DNA of 64,000 nt from Ranitomeya imitator (GCF_032444005.1 NC_091282.1:1189594001-1189658000), one strand, 5' to 3'; counted from the first letter of the stretch, positions 36,031 through 50,109 are shown. The notes: a model not told the origin generated them from the sequence alone. Numbers and translations: made by a program.

Positions 36031-38234
36031 ACTGATTTACCCAATTCCTGGTGTTTTCTACCTCCAGTTCCATCTTGATAAACAGGAAATAGCTAGAAAT
36101 CATAACTCTACAGGGCTCTCTTTACCCTTCATTGCTACTGGATCCATCCTCCAGCAGTTGTAATGCTGTTGGTTGAGCATGTGCAGATGCACCTAATGAT
36201 CCTATCTAATAAAACACTGTGGTTGATCTGATAGCTATATTGTAGCACAGCTCAGATATCATGTTCTAAATATCTCACTGATACCAGCTGAATTTGCATC
36301 TGATGACCATGTATAATTCATGAAAAACAGATGCACCTAATGACCCTGTATAATAAAACAAAACCTCAGGCATTCTCACATGCCTTCTGTAGACAAACTT
36401 GATGTTTAAGAAGGCGTTCAAAACAATCCTTTGGAGCTGGTGGTGATCATAGATGGAGGCTGCCTCATTCAGGACAACTCTCTATGAATTAGAACACATC
36501 TGACCTATAGATTCATTACATACACAACCTTTCATCCATGTAAATGTACAGCTTCCCTCAACCATATATAGATATTCAGCCCTTTGATTAAAAGAGAAAA
36601 AAATTAAATCACACTGCTAAAATAAACCTAGCAAATGAGAACTCCACAGAAGACAGAGAAATGGCACAGCAGGACAACGTACGTCGTTATCCGACGGTAG
36701 GGCTGCCACTAGAAATTTCGGGGCCCCATACTGTCAAAATTTTCGGGGCCCCCTTGAGACTCCGCCCAGGCTCCACCCCAGCCCCGCCTCCACCCCAGCC
36801 CCGCCTCCACCCCTCAAACTGTCCACAGTCCCACCGCTCTCTCTTGGAAAAACTCCACTTCTCACCTATCACACATTAACAGTTCCCATCACCAGATCAC
36901 ACATATAGACGGCAGCTTTTGATTTGGCCAAAAGATTTTTTAAGCCACCACCATAACACGGTAGACACTTTTGCCCGAGCCCTACTCTACTGTAACCTAC
37001 TAAATATTGGTTAAAATATGCAATACAATTTAGGTATATTTTAATTTATTTTTCAATTTTTAAAATGACCACAGACACATGATATCACATACAACGAACA
37101 ATTACCACCGCACCATGACCAGACACCATATTACCACCACAGTGATCGAATAATATCAAATACAGGGAACAAATACCACAACACCATGACCAGACCACAT
37201 ATTACCACCACAAAGTGACCAAATAGCACATACAAGTGACAAATACCGCAACACCATGTCCAGACCACATATTACCACCACATAGTGACTGAATACTACA
37301 ATACTGATCAGTAATAAAAAAAACACAATACTATCACCATCAGTTCCATTAACCCCTTCCCGACCCATGACGCCACGTAGGCGTCATGAAAGTCGGTGCC
37401 AATCCGACCCATGACGCCTATGTGGCGTCATGGAAAGATCGCGTCCCTGCAGATCCGGTGAAAGGGTTAACTCCCATTTCACCCGATCTGCAGGGACAGG
37501 GGGAGTGGTAGTTTAGCCCAGGGGGGGTGGCTTCACCCCCTCGTGGCTACGATCGCTCTGATTGGCTGTTGAAAGTGAAACTGCCAATCAGAGCGATTTG
37601 TAATATTTCACCTATTATAACGGGTGAAATATTACAATCCAGCCATGGCCGATGCTGAAATATCATCGGCCATGGCTGGAAATACTAATGTGCCCCCACC
37701 CCACCCCACCGATCGCCCCCCCAGCCCCCCGATCTGGCCGGTACACTGCTCCGGCTCCCCTCCGTCCAGTGCTCCGCTCCCCCCGTGCTCTTGTCCGCTC
37801 CCCCCGTGCTCCAATCACCCCCTGTGCTCCGATCACCCCCTCGTGCTCCGTTCCAGCCCCCCGTGCTCCGTTCCACGCCCCCCGTGCTCCGTTCCACGCC
37901 TGCCGCGCTCCGATTCCCCCCCCATGCTCCGATCACCCCCCCATGCTCCGATCCCCCCCCATCATACTTACCGATCCTGCCGAGCTCCGTCCGTCTTCTC
38001 CCTGGGCGCTGCCATCTTCCAAAATGGCGGGCGCATGCGCAGTGCGCCCGCCGAATCTGCCGGCCGGCAGATTCGTTCCAAAGTGCATTTTGATCACTGA
38101 GATAGATTATATCTCAGTGATCAAAATAAAAAAAATAATAAATGACCCCCCCCCCCCTTTGTCACCCCCATAGGTAGGGACAATAAAAAAATAAAGAAAT
38201 TTTTTTTTTCCCACTAATGTTAGAATAGGGTTAG

Positions 38235-38371
38235 NNNNNNNNNNNNNNNNNNNNNNNNNNNNNNNNNNNNNNNNNNNNNNNNNNNNNNNNNNNNNNNNNN
38301 NNNNNNNNNNNNNNNNNNNNNNNNNNNNNNNNNNNNNNNNNNNNNNNNNNNNNNNNNNNNNNNNNNNNNNN
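38235..38371. other. N run (137 bp)
   Basis: Run of N between TAGGGTTAG and GTTTTAGGG. Confidence 1.
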
Positions 38372-38383
38372 GTTTTAGGGTTT

Positions 38384-39067
38384 CGGTATGTGCACACGTA
38401 TTCTGGTCCTCTGCAGATTTTTCCGCTGCGGATTTGATAAATCCGCAGTGCTAAACCGCTGCGGATTTATGGCGGATTTACCGCGTTTTTTTCTGCGCAT
38501 TTCACTGCGGTTTTACAATTGCGATTTTCTATTGGAGCAGTTGTAAAACCGCTGCGGAATCCGCACAAAGAAGTGACATGCTGCGGAATGTAAACCGCTG
38601 CGTTTCCGTGCAGTTTTTCCGCAGCATGTGTACAGCGATTTTTGTTTCCCGTAGGTTTACATTGAACTGTAAACTCATGGGAAACTGCTGCGGATCCGCA
38701 GCGTTTTCCGCAGCGTGTGCACATACCCTTAGAATTAGGCTATGTGCACACGGTGCGGATTTGGCTGCGGATTCGCAGCAGTGTTCCATCAGGTTTACAG
38801 TACCATGTAAACATTTGAAAAACCAAATCCGCAGTGCCCATGGCGCGGAAACGCTGCATTGTATTTTCCGCAGCATGTCAATTCTTTGTACGGATTCCGC
38901 AGCGTTTTACACCTGTTCCTCAATAGGAATCCGCAGGTGAAATCCGCACAAAAAACACTGGAATTCCGCGGAAAATCCGCAGGTAAAACGCAGTGCCTTT
39001 TACCCGCGGATTTTTCAAAAATGATGCTGAAAAATCTCACACGAATCCGCAACGTGGGCACATGGCC
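38384..39067. mobile_element. Two adjacent Harbinger MITEs (38384-38728, 38738-39067)
   Basis: GGTATGTGCACAC/GTGTGCACATACCC and GGCTATGTGCACAC/GTGGGCACATGGCC. The second has a TTA TSD at 38735-37 and 39068-70. Confidence 0.8.
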
Positions 39068-39180
39068 TTAGGGTTAGGGTTGGAATTAGGGTTGTGGTTA
39101 GGGTTGTGATTAGGGTTATGGCTACAGTTGGGATCAGGGTTAGGGGTGTGGGGGGGTTAGTGTTGGAGTTAGAATTGAGG
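39068..39180 (+). repeat. Interstitial telomere-like array
   Basis: TTAGGGTTAGGGTTGGAATTAGGG... Confidence 0.85.
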
Positions 39181-41830
39181 GGTTTCCACTGTTTAGGCAC
39201 ATCAGGGGGTCTCCAAACGCAACATGGCGCCACCATTGATTCCAGCCAATCTCGTATTCAAACAGTCAAATGGTGCTCCCTCAATTCCGAGCCCTGACGT
39301 GTGCCCAAACAGTGGTTTACCCCCACATATGGGGTACCAGCATACTCAGGATAAACTGCGCAACAATTACTGGGGTCCAGTTTCTCCTGTTACCCTTGTG
39401 AAAATAAAGAAATGCTTGCTAAAACATCATTTTTGAGGAAAGAAAAATGATTTTTTATTTTCACGGCTCTGCGTTGTAAACGTCTGTGAAGCACTTGGGG
39501 GTTCAAAGTGCTCACCACATATCTAGATAAGTTCCTTGGGGGGTCTAGTTTCTAAAATGGGGTCACTTGTGGGGGGTTTCTACTGTTTAGGCACACCAGG
39601 GGCTCTGCAAACGCAATGTGACGCCCGCAGACCATTCCATCAAAGTCTGCATTTCAAAAGTCACTACTTCCCTTCTGAGCCCCGACGTGTGCCCAAACAG
39701 TGGTTTACCCCCACACATGGGGTATCAGCGTACTCAGGAGAAACTGGACAACAACTTTTGCAGTCCAATTTCTCCTGTAACCCTTGGGAAAATAAAAAAT
39801 TCTGGGCTAAATAATTATTTTTGAGGAAAGAAAACGTATTTATTATTTTCACGGCTCTGCATTATAAACTTCTATGAAGCACTTGGGGGTTCAAAGTGCT
39901 CATCACACATCTAGATAAGTTCCTTTCGGGGTCTAGTTTCCAAAATGGGGTCACTTGTGGGGGGTTTCTACTGTTAAGCCACATCAGGGGCTCTGCAAAC
40001 GCAACGTGACGCCCACAGAGCATTCCATCAAAGTCTGCATTTCAAAACGTCACTACTTCACTTCCGAGCCCTGCCATGTGCCCAAACAGTGGTTTACCCC
40101 CACATATGGGGTATCAGCGTACTCAGGAGAAACTGGACAACAACTTTTGGGGTCAAATTTCTCCTGTTACCCTTTGGAAAATAAAAAATTGCAGGCTAAA
40201 AGATCATTTTTGAGAAAATAATTTTTTTTTTTATTTTCATGGCTCTGCGTTATAAACTTCTGTGAAGCACTTGGGGGTTCAAAGTCCTCACCACACATCT
40301 AGATTAGTTCCTTTGGGGGTCTAGTTTCCAAAATGGGGTCATTTCTGGGGGATCTCCAATGTTTAGGCACACAGGGGCTCTCCAAACGTGACATGGTGTC
40401 CGCTAATGATTGGAGCTAATTTTCCATTTAAAAAGCCAAATGGCGTGCCATCCCTTCCGAGCCCTGCCGTGCGCCCAAACAGTGGTTTACCCCCACATAT
40501 GGGGTATCAGCGTACTCAGGATAAACTGGACAACAATATTTGGGGTCCAATTTCTCCTATTATCCTTGGCAAAATAGGAAATTCCAGGCTAAAAAATCAT
40601 TTTTGAGGAAAGAAACATTATTTTTTATTTTCATGGCTCTGCGTTATAAACTTCTGTGAAGCACCTGGGGGTTTAAAGTGCTCAATATGCATCTAGATAA
40701 GTTCCTTGGGGGGTCTAGTTTCCAAAATGGGGTCACTTGTGGGGGAGCTCCAATGCATAGGCACACAGGGGCTCTCCAAATGCGACATGGTGTCCGCTAA
40801 CAATTGGAGCTAATTTTCCATTCAAAAAGTCAAATGGCGCGCCTTCCCTTCCGAGCCCTGCCGTGTGCCCAAACAGTGGTTTACCCCCACATATGAGGTA
40901 TTGGCGTACTCAGGAGAAATTGCCCAACAAATTTTATGATCCATTTTATCCTACTGCCCATGTGAAAATGAAAAAATTGAGGCGAAAAGAATTTTTTTGT
41001 GAAAAAAAAGTACTTTTTCATTTTTACAGATCAGTTTGTGAAGCACCTGAGGGTTTAAAGTGCTCACTAGGCATCTAAATAAGTTCCTTTGGGGGTCTAG
41101 TTTCCAAAATGGGGTCACTTGTGGGGGAGCGCCAATGTTTAGGCACACAGGAGCTCTCCAAACGCGACATGGTGTCCGCTAACGATGGAAATAATTTTTC
41201 ATTCAAAAAGTCAAATGGCGCTCCTTCCCTTCCGAGCCTTACCATGTGCCCAAACAGTGGTTTACCCCCACATATGAGGTATCGGCGTACTCAGGAGAAA
41301 TTGCCCAACAAATTTTATGACCCATTTTATCCTACTGCCCATGTGAAAATGAAAAAATTGAGGCTAAAAGAATTTTTTTGTGAAAAAAAAGTACTTTTTC
41401 ATTTTTACGGATCAATTTGTGAAGCACCTGGGGGTTCAAAGTGCTCACTATGCATCTAGATACGTTCCTTGGGGCGTCTAGTTTCCAAAATGTGGTCACT
41501 TGTGGGGGAGCTCCAATTTTTAGGCACACGGGGGCTCTCCAAACGTGACATGGTGTCCGCTAAAGAGTGGAGCCAATTTTTGATTCAAAAAGTCAAATGG
41601 CGCTCCTTCCCTTCCAAGCCCTGCCATGCGCCCAAACAGTGGTTTACCCCCACATATGAGGTATCAGCTTACTCAGGACAAATTGGACAACAACTTTCGT
41701 GGTTCAGTTTCTCCTTTTACCATTGGGAAAATAAAAAAATTGTTGCTAAAATATAATTTTTGTGACTAAAAAGTTAAATGTTCATTTTTTCCTTCCATGT
41801 TGCTTCTGCTGCTGTGAAGCACCAGAAGGG
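39180..41830 (+). repeat. ~390-bp tandem repeat (about 7 units)
   Basis: The marker GGTCA(C/T)TT(G/C)TGGGG recurs at about 39562, 39950, 40339, 40733, 41115 and 41496. Confidence 0.9.
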
Positions 41831-42514
41831 TTAATAAACTTCTTGAATGTGGTTTTGAGTACCTTGAGGGGTGCAGTTTTTAGAATGGTGTCACTTTTGG
41901 GTATTTTCAGCCATATAGACCCCTCAAACTGACTTCAAATGTGAGGTGGTCCCTAAAAAAAATGGTTTTGTAAATTTCGTTGTAAAAATGACAAATCGCT
42001 GGTCAGATTTTAACCCTTATAACTTCCTAACAAAAAAAAATTTTGTTTCCAAAATTGTGCTGATGTAAAGTAAACATGTGGGAAATGTTATTTATTAACT
42101 ATTTTGTGTCACATATCTCTCTGGTTTAACAGAATAAAAATTCAAAATGTGAAAATTGCAAAATTTTCAAAATTTTCGCCAAATTTCCGTTTTTATCACA
42201 AATAAACGCAGAATTTATTGACCTAAATTTACCATTAACATGAAGCCCAATATGTCATGAAAAAACAATCTCAGAACCGCTAGGATCCGTTGAAGCATTC
42301 CTGAGTTATTACCTCATAAAGGGACACTGGTCAGAATTGCAAAAAACGGCAAGGTCTTTAAGGTCAAAATAGGCTGGGTCATGAAGGGGTTAAACACCGG
42401 AGATCTGTACTTAGTATGCAGCGTCTGTGTACAGGTAATACAGTGAACACCAGTGACATTATACACAGGAGCTCTGTATATAGTATACAGTGTATAGTGT
42501 CGGTGTACAGGTAA

Positions 42515-42921
42515 GGCTTCTTTCACACTTCCATCGGTACGGGGCAGTCACAACGTACCGACGGATGTTGTGAAAATTCAGCACAACGTGGGCAGCGGAT
42601 GCAGTTTTTCAATGCATCCGCTGCCCTTTGTAAAGTCCCGGGGAGGAGGAGGCGGAGTCCCGGCCGCGCATGCACGGTAGGAAATGCAGGATCCGACATA
42701 TGAAAAAACGTTCCCTTGAACGTTTTTTCAATACGACGGTCTGCCAAAACACGACGCATCCAGTGCACGACGGACGCGACGTATGGCCATACATCGCAGT
42801 CCGTTGGCAATACAAGTCTATGGGCAAAAACTGCATCCTGCGGACAACTTTCCAGGATGCGTTTTTTGCACCAAACAACGCATTGCGACGGAGGCCAAAT
42901 GACGCAAGTGTGAAACAGGCC
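42515..42921. mobile_element. PIF/Harbinger MITE
   Basis: GGCTTCTTTCACACTT / AAGTGTGAAACAGGCC, TAA at 42512-14 and 42922-24. Related to 9218-9624. Confidence 0.88.
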
Positions 42922-43189
42922 TAACAGGATCACCCCCCCATTTAAAACAGTATCCTCAAAAAATAAAATAAATACATCTCTGCAGTAATAATATCACTTA
43001 ATTAGACCCTATGATAATAATATTCCCCATCCTGGCCTTGTGTATCTTATTCCTGGTTTCAGCCATATGTTCTCCCATCCTGCCCTCATGAGCATCCATT
43101 CTGCCCCATATGATCTCCCCATCCTGCCCCATCTGTCTCCATTGTATCCATCCTGCCCCATGTCTTTCATTCTGCCCCGTGCCTCCATT

Positions 43190-44370
43190 CTTGCCCCACC
43201 TGTATCCAGTCCTGCCCCTAGTGTGTCCAGCATTCTGCCCCCAGTGTCTCCAGTCCTGACCCCAGTGTGTCCAGCATTCTGCCTCAGTGTATCCAGCATT
43301 CTGCCCCCAGTGTCTCCAGAATTCTGCCCCCAGTGTGTCCAGTCCTGCCCCCAGTGCTCCAGCATTCTGCCTCAGTGTATCCAGCATTCTGCCCCGTGTC
43401 TCCAGCATTCTGCCCCGTGTTTCTCCAGCATTCTGCCCCCAGTGCTCTAGCATTCTGCCCCCAGTGTCTCCAGCATTCTGCCCCCAGTGTGTCCAGTCCT
43501 GCCCCCAGTGCTCCAGCATTCTGCCTCAGTGTATCCAGCATTCTGCCCCCAGTGTGTCCAGCATTCTGCCCCGTGTTTCTCCAGCATTCTGCCCCCAGTG
43601 CTCTAGCATTCTGCCCCCAGTGTCTCCAGCATTCTGCCCCCAGTGTGTCCAGTCCTGCCCCCAGTGCTCCAGCATTCTGCCTCAGTGTATCCAGCATTCT
43701 GCCCCGTGTCTCCAGCATTCTGCCCCGTGTTTCTCCAGCATTCTGCCCCCAGTGCTCTAGCATCCTGCCCCCAGTGTGTCCAGCATTCTGCCCCCAGTGC
43801 TCCAGCATTCTGCCCCCAGTGTGTCCAGCATTCTGCCCCCAGTGCTCCAGCATTCTTCCCCCAGTGTGTCCAGCATTCTGCCCCCAGTGCTCCAGCATTC
43901 TGCCCCAGTATGTCCAGCATTCTGCCCCCAGTACTCCATCATTCTGCCCCCAGTGTGTCCAGCATTCTGCCCCCAGTGCTCCAGCATTCTGCCCCCAGTG
44001 TGTCCAGCATTCTGCCCCCAGTGCTCCAGCATTCTACCCCAGTATGTCCAGCATTCTGTCCCCAGTGCTCCAGCATTCTGCCCCCAGTGTGTCCAGCATT
44101 CTGTCCCCAGTGCTCCAGCATTCTGCCCCCAGTGTGTCCAGCATTCTGCCCCAGTGTCTCCAGCATTCTACCCCCAGTGCTCCAGCATTCTGCCCCAGTG
44201 TGTCCAGCATTCTGCCCCAGTGTGTCCAGCATCTCTGCCCCCAGTGCTCCAGCATTCTGCTCCAGTGTGTCCAGCATTCTGCCCCCAGTGCTCCAGCATT
44301 CTGCCCCCAGTGCACCAGCATTCTGCCCCCAGTGCTCCAGCATTCTGCTCCTGTGTGTCCAGCATTCTGC
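43190..44370. repeat. ~22-bp minisatellite (CCAGCATTCTGCCCCCAGTG(T/C)..)n
   Basis: About 50 tandem units. Confidence 0.95.
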
Positions 44371-45329
44371 CCTGGTCCCCCCGGATCACTGCTCTCTGTA
44401 ATAAAAAAAAAAGTTCTTTTTACATGGCCGTGCTCCTGCGGCGAAGGCGAAGCTCCCCTCCACTAAGCTGAAGCGCGCACTTGCCGGCAACTGACACTGA
44501 CGGCAGACGCCGGCAACGTGCGTGCTGCGGCTGACGTCAGCTGCCAGCCTTCGATTGGCTGGCGGCTGTTAACTATTGGCGTGCGGGTGTGGGGCTGCAC
44601 ATCTATAATGTTGCTGCAGCACCGCTAAGGGCCCAGTTTAGCCTGCCGGTAGGGGCCTGGTGAGCAGATGAGACGGGGCCCGATGCGGGCCCCCTCTGCC
44701 CACCGGGCCCCATACGCCAGTCAGGGCAGTAATGCACTGATGGCGGCCCTGTCAGGCGGTGTGATGGAGCAGTGCGCTGGCATTGCTGAGGAATCTGAAA
44801 TATGAGATCTATCTGGGCGCTCACAATTATGCAACTGGCCAGATTGGAACAGACTGTCATGGATATCGTTTCACAATCAGTAGAGGATAAAATTGATGCA
44901 AGCTGAATTTTTTTATGACACAGACGAAAAAAACTTCTGCCAAAGCCTTCGGTTGAAACATGTTACATGAGCCAAATATATCTTTTCGCATAGCTGTTTT
45001 TGGAGAAAGAAATGGGAATTTAGAGGATTACAAGAATGGAGGTGCCATTGTCAGAGCAGAACAACAAAATTAACGATGTATGAACACGGCCTTACAGTCA
45101 CAAAAAAAGACAGCTGTCATATAGTGAAGCTGCATAAAAATGAGAAAGTTCTGGTTGCTATGACTGTGAATGAAGGAACAAAATTTAATCCACTGGTCCC
45201 AAATAGAGATGAGTAGGATGCACAGAAAACGTCGCTCCAGCCCTGGCAAATCAAGAGCCACACAGGGGACTCAGAAAGGTAAGAGATTCACGGCGGTCTC
45301 CCACACATCCCTTCGTTTCATGGCCCCCC

Positions 45330-45830
45330 CGCACAGCCCCTCATTTCATGCCCCCCCGCAATGTCTCTTATTTCATAACCCACTGCAGAGCCCGTCATTT
45401 TATGTCCCCTGCAAAGCCCCTTATTTTATTCCTCCCTCTGTACAGCCCCTCATTTTATTCCTCCCTCTGCACAGCCCCACATTTTATTCCCCCTCTGCAC
45501 CGCCCCTCATTTTATCCCACTCTGCACAATTGCACAATCCCTCAGCTTATTTCCCCATCTATGCAGCCTGTCAGTTTATCCCCCGCTTCCCCATCTGCAC
45601 AGTTTGTCTGTTTTTTCCCTCCCATTTGCACAGCCCCTCTGCTTATTCACCCCATCTGCACGGCACTTCATTTTATTCTACTCATCTACACTATCAAGCA
45701 TTTTATTCCCCCCTTTCAAAAGCCCCTCAACTTATTCCCCCCTCTTCACAGCCTGTCAGTTTATTTCCCCATCTGCACAGTCCCTCAACTTATTCGCCAG
45801 ATCTGCACATTTCCTCAGTTTATTTGACCT
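45330..45830. repeat. Degenerate ~28-bp minisatellite (GCACAGCCCCTCATTTTATTCCCCCTCT)n
   Basis: Recurrent CAGCCCCTCA..TTATT motif. Confidence 0.75.
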
Positions 45831-46053
45831 CTGTGGCCTGCATCTTGCTGGCTACATAAAGATGAGAACATTCTAGCGTCTCCAAATGATAATGAATGAA
45901 TAAAAAATTAAATCTACAGGTCCCGACTAGAGATGAAGAGGACGCATAGATGACTTCATTCTGGCTAATCAAAAGCTGTGCCGGGTACTCCAGAAAGTAA
46001 GAGATTTGCAGCCTCCCGTCCACGTCGCCCAGTACCACTGATCTAGACACTGG

Positions 46054-48458
46054 TGGAGCGCCCCGTCATGGCAAGGGGTACTCGGCTCAAAGGGGGATGT
46101 CACGGTGGCTGTGACCCGGCCCATGGCCCTAGGACGTCCGTGTAAAGGGGAAAGGTCTTTAAAGGGATAAGGTTTATGTTCGTGACGCCACCTGTGGTAT
46201 TTGGTCAGGGTGACTGACGCTGCTTTAACCCCTTTCTGACCTCGGACGGGATAGTACGTCCGAGGTCAGATCCCCTGCTTTGACGCAGGGCTCCGCGGTG
46301 AGGCCGCATCAAAGCCGGGACATATCAGCTGTTTTGAACAGCTGACATGTGCCCGTAATAGGCGCGGGCAGAATTGCGATCTGCCCGCATCTATTAACTA
46401 GTTAAATGCCGCTGTCAAACGCAGACAGCGGCATTTAACTACCGCTTCCAGGCCGGGCGGCCGGAAATGACATCATCATCACATGATCGGGGGTCGGCGA
46501 TGCGTCAGGATGGTAACCATAGAGGTCCTAGAGACCTCTATGGTTACTGATCACCGGTGGCTGTGAGCGCCACCCTGTGGTCGGCGCTCACAGCACACCT
46601 CCATTTCTGCTACATAGCAGCGATCAGCAGATCGCTGCTATGCAGCAGAGGCGATCGAGTTGTGCCTGCTTCTAGCCTCCCATGGAGGCTATTGAAGCAT
46701 GGCAAAAGTTAAAAAAAAAATTTGAAAAAAATAAAAAAATATAAAGTTTAAATCACCCCCCTTTCGCCCCAATCAAAATAAATCAATTAAAAAAAACTCA
46801 AATCTACACATATTTAGTATCGCCGCGCTCAGAATCGCCCGATCTATCAATTAAAAAAAGCATTAACCTGATCGCTAAACGGCGTAGCGAGAAAAAAATT
46901 CGAAACGCCAGAATTACGTTTTTTAGGTCGCCACAACATTGCATTAAAATGCAATAACGGGCGATCAAAAGAACGTATCTGCACCAAAATGCTATCATTA
47001 AAAATGATATCTCGGCACGCAAAAAATAAGCCCTCAACCGACCCCACATCACAAAAAATGGAGACGCTACGAGTATCGGAAAATGGCGCCATTTTTTTTT
47101 ATTTTTTTTTTAGCAAAGTTTGGAATTTTTTTTCACCACTTAGATAAAAAATAACCTAGTCATGTTAGGTGATTATGAACTCGTACTGACCTGGAGAATC
47201 ATAATGGCAGGTTAGTTTTAGCATTTAGTGAACCTAGTAAAAAAGCCAAACAAAAAACAAGTGTGGGATTGCACTTTTTTTGCAATTTCACCGCACTTGG
47301 AATTTTTTTCCCGTTTTCTAGTACACGACATGCTAAAACAAATGATGTCGTTCAAAAGTACAACTCATCCCGCAAAAAATAAGCCCTCACATGGCCAAAT
47401 TGATGGAAAAATAAAAAAGTTATGGCTCTGGGAAGGAGGGGAGTGAAAAACGAACACGGAAAAACGAAAAATCCCAAGGTCATGAAGGGGTTAAGGGGTC
47501 CGCTGGGGTGATGTTATGGCAGCTAGATAGTATACTTTCCCACAGATGAAGTATATCCCGAGGGCTTCCCAGTGTGTAGATGGTGGTATGGTGAGAGGCG
47601 AAGAGAAGAACGAGGACACAAGGTTGCAGTCTCTTTACCTTTACAGAAGACTTCAGCATCCAATGTCCAGAGCACCAGATCACAGGGTAGGCAGAGTCCG
47701 GCCAGTTTGGAGGCAAGTCCATAGTCCCCTTGTCCAGGGGGAAATCAATAGCCTTCCCTTGCGCTGTAGTGGTGTAGTCCCTTACTGCATAAGTTCAAAT
47801 AAGGTCCTCACAGATGTGGTGTCTCGCTCTCTGTCCCCCGTAGTCGGATAGGACAAAACCCATATGACTGGTGACTTGAGCCTGTTTTTAGCATCTCTTA
47901 GATAACCCGGCTCTGTGGGGTGTCACTGTGCCTTCTGGGTGTAGGTGCGGAGAGGTAACGTAAAGTTCAGCTGTCCTGCCAGTCTCTGAAGTAAGGCGTA
48001 GAGGTCCTTACTACCTCGGTGTTCCGGCTACCGGTGTTCTGCGCCTCAGAAGGAGGCAGCCTGTTCGAGGCTGGTCCCCTTCTGGTATCCTCTCCTTTGC
48101 TTTGCTTTCCTTCATGCTTGCTGCAATACAATTCTGCCTTCTGAATGTCTCTTTCCAGGAGCTGCAGCTCTGAGGGCACGCACAGCTCCTTTGACCCTCT
48201 GTCCTCCTCAGACTGATGTCTGGAACTGACTCCTGTCTGGAACTAACTCACTTTCCCTACAGACTACCAGTTCTATATATATGTGGGGAGTGACCTAATA
48301 AATAGGGTCAGAAGCTCCCCCTGGTGGCCTGGAGTGTGAATGTGTTGCATGTTTGTGATACCTGGATGCAGTTATCCTTCCTTGCCTCCAAACGTAGCAT
48401 CACTCTCCCCGGGAGGAATGCAATACCACTGTGACGACCAGGACCCTGGGGCGCCACA
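46054..48458 (+). mobile_element. Solo LTR (~1.14 kb) interrupted by a piggyBac-type MITE
   Basis: TGGAGCGCCCC...GGGGCGCCACA, CTGG 4-bp TSD at 46050-53 and 48459-62. Confidence 0.88.
46229..47490 (+). mobile_element. piggyBac-type MITE (1.26 kb)
   Basis: TTAA|CCCCTTTTCTGACC and GGTCATGAAGGGG|TTAA. The LTR sequence resumes on the other side. Confidence 0.88.
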
Positions 48459-50109
48459 CTGGACCAAAGTCTTGTGAATCGATCAACTCATCTCTAGTCC
48501 CAACTATCCCAGTAGAAGAAGAGATGGGGGCACCACGGTGCGTGTGACTCAAACCAGGCCTAGAAATTACCAAACATATACTAAGAAAGAACAGGTAGGC
48601 CTTACAAATGGGAGTCACCACCAGACAAATATGAAAACACAGCTTTATTGATAACAAGAATTTAACAAAAGGCAAAACACACTAAAAACATTAAAAACAA
48701 GGGGGTATACAATAGCCCCATATGTACTCAAGCCCAAAATAAGGCAAAAAGCCCACACAGACGTGAACAGGGTAAGACGCACGTACCTAGAGGGTAAATA
48801 AGCCTGATTGATAAATGACAAAATAAAGGAAAGCAATCTCAGCAAACCCCAAGTCTATACACCGTAAGTACACGTTATGAAAACCTGGGGATAGAATAAC
48901 ATGGCCAGCCACACACCATGTAATCAATGTAGCCCAATAGCCACTAGTAAAGATGGTGCTCAAGAAAGCAAAGAGCCGGTCATAAAGATATATAAATGCT
49001 GGGACCGCAAATAAGCACAAGTACGTTGTCAATTATCCTCCTATAGTCAGACCGTGCGCCCATAATAGGATGAAAGCATAGAGTGCCAGGATGACAACAC
49101 TCTAAACGCACCGATCGTAGGCAGGGCAGATAGGTAATGCATACCCAGTGCAGAGTAAGTGTGGGCTGCAGGCACCTAACGTGTGTCGCCACGCTCTGGT
49201 GGCTTCGTCAGGGGTAACGCCCACACAGTCAGCCCTGTGTTTAAATATAATAAGATAGATAGCTTACCGAGCTTCAGCTGTGCAGCGGCAGAGCGCGCCG
49301 CATGGAGAAGTACAAATGGCGATCGCACCCGCCGGGCCCGGCGTGTAGTCAGTGCGCATGCGCCGGCGTCCCAGAGCGGAAGTGAACGAGCCGCTCTCGG
49401 TCGTCAAGGCGACATGTACACAGTGGCAGATACGCTTGCGTGGAGACAGTCACAGGTAGAAATAGACAGACTGCAGAGACAGAGGGAGCGGGTATACTGA
49501 GCAGTACGGAGGCAGGATACGCCGTAACAAACAAAATGCCCTCTATGAGTACCAACAGATAAATAACTGGACACTAGTATGAGCCTAAATGGATCAGGCA
49601 AATGGGAACTAAAACGGCCACTAAGCTGAAGCAAACCCAAACAGTAAAACACACGCAATATAAGAAAAATGAAAAATAATGCATGAAAACCAAATCTAAT
49701 GAAAAAAACAAAATACATATATAAATAGATAAATGAAATTAAAGATAAATAAATACTAATTACATAAATAATGATACCCCACAGCATACTTATACAGGGG
49801 GCAAACTAATAAAAAAAAAGAGAAAAAAGGAATAAACAAAACATGACTATATACAGACATGTGTAGGAGCTCCAGCAGGGGGCAGAAAATAGCCAATTCC
49901 CCATATAGTCCTCCATGGGCAGGAAAGCCCCATGATGATGCACATATGTGCCAATGACGAGCTGGCCCCACTTAGGTTCATGTGGAGTACAGCCCAACAC
50001 AACGACCAATATTAAAACTTGACTCTCGTGGGTAAGTACGTGAAACGACGAGGAAAACAAACAATAGTACAGTGGCCAATATTTATCACACACCTATCAA
50101 TAGGAATAT

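Larger units (their letters stand above)
37353..42389 (+). mobile_element. Non-autonomous piggyBac-type element (5 kb)
   Basis: TTAA|CCCCTTCCCGACCC and GGGTCATGAAGGGG|TTAA. Same internal layout as 28520-33201. Contains an N gap, so contiguity is not proven. Confidence 0.8.
36698..44751. mobile_element. hAT-like non-autonomous element expanded by nested insertions
   Basis: Termini TAGGGCTGCCACTAG / CTGATGGCGGCCCTG; the 8-bp flanks TCCGACGG vs TCAGGCGG look like a degraded TSD. Confidence 0.55.

Noticed and set aside
42998-44471. ORFs up to 399 aa (PAFCPQCSSIL repeats)
   Set aside because: Minisatellite read-through.
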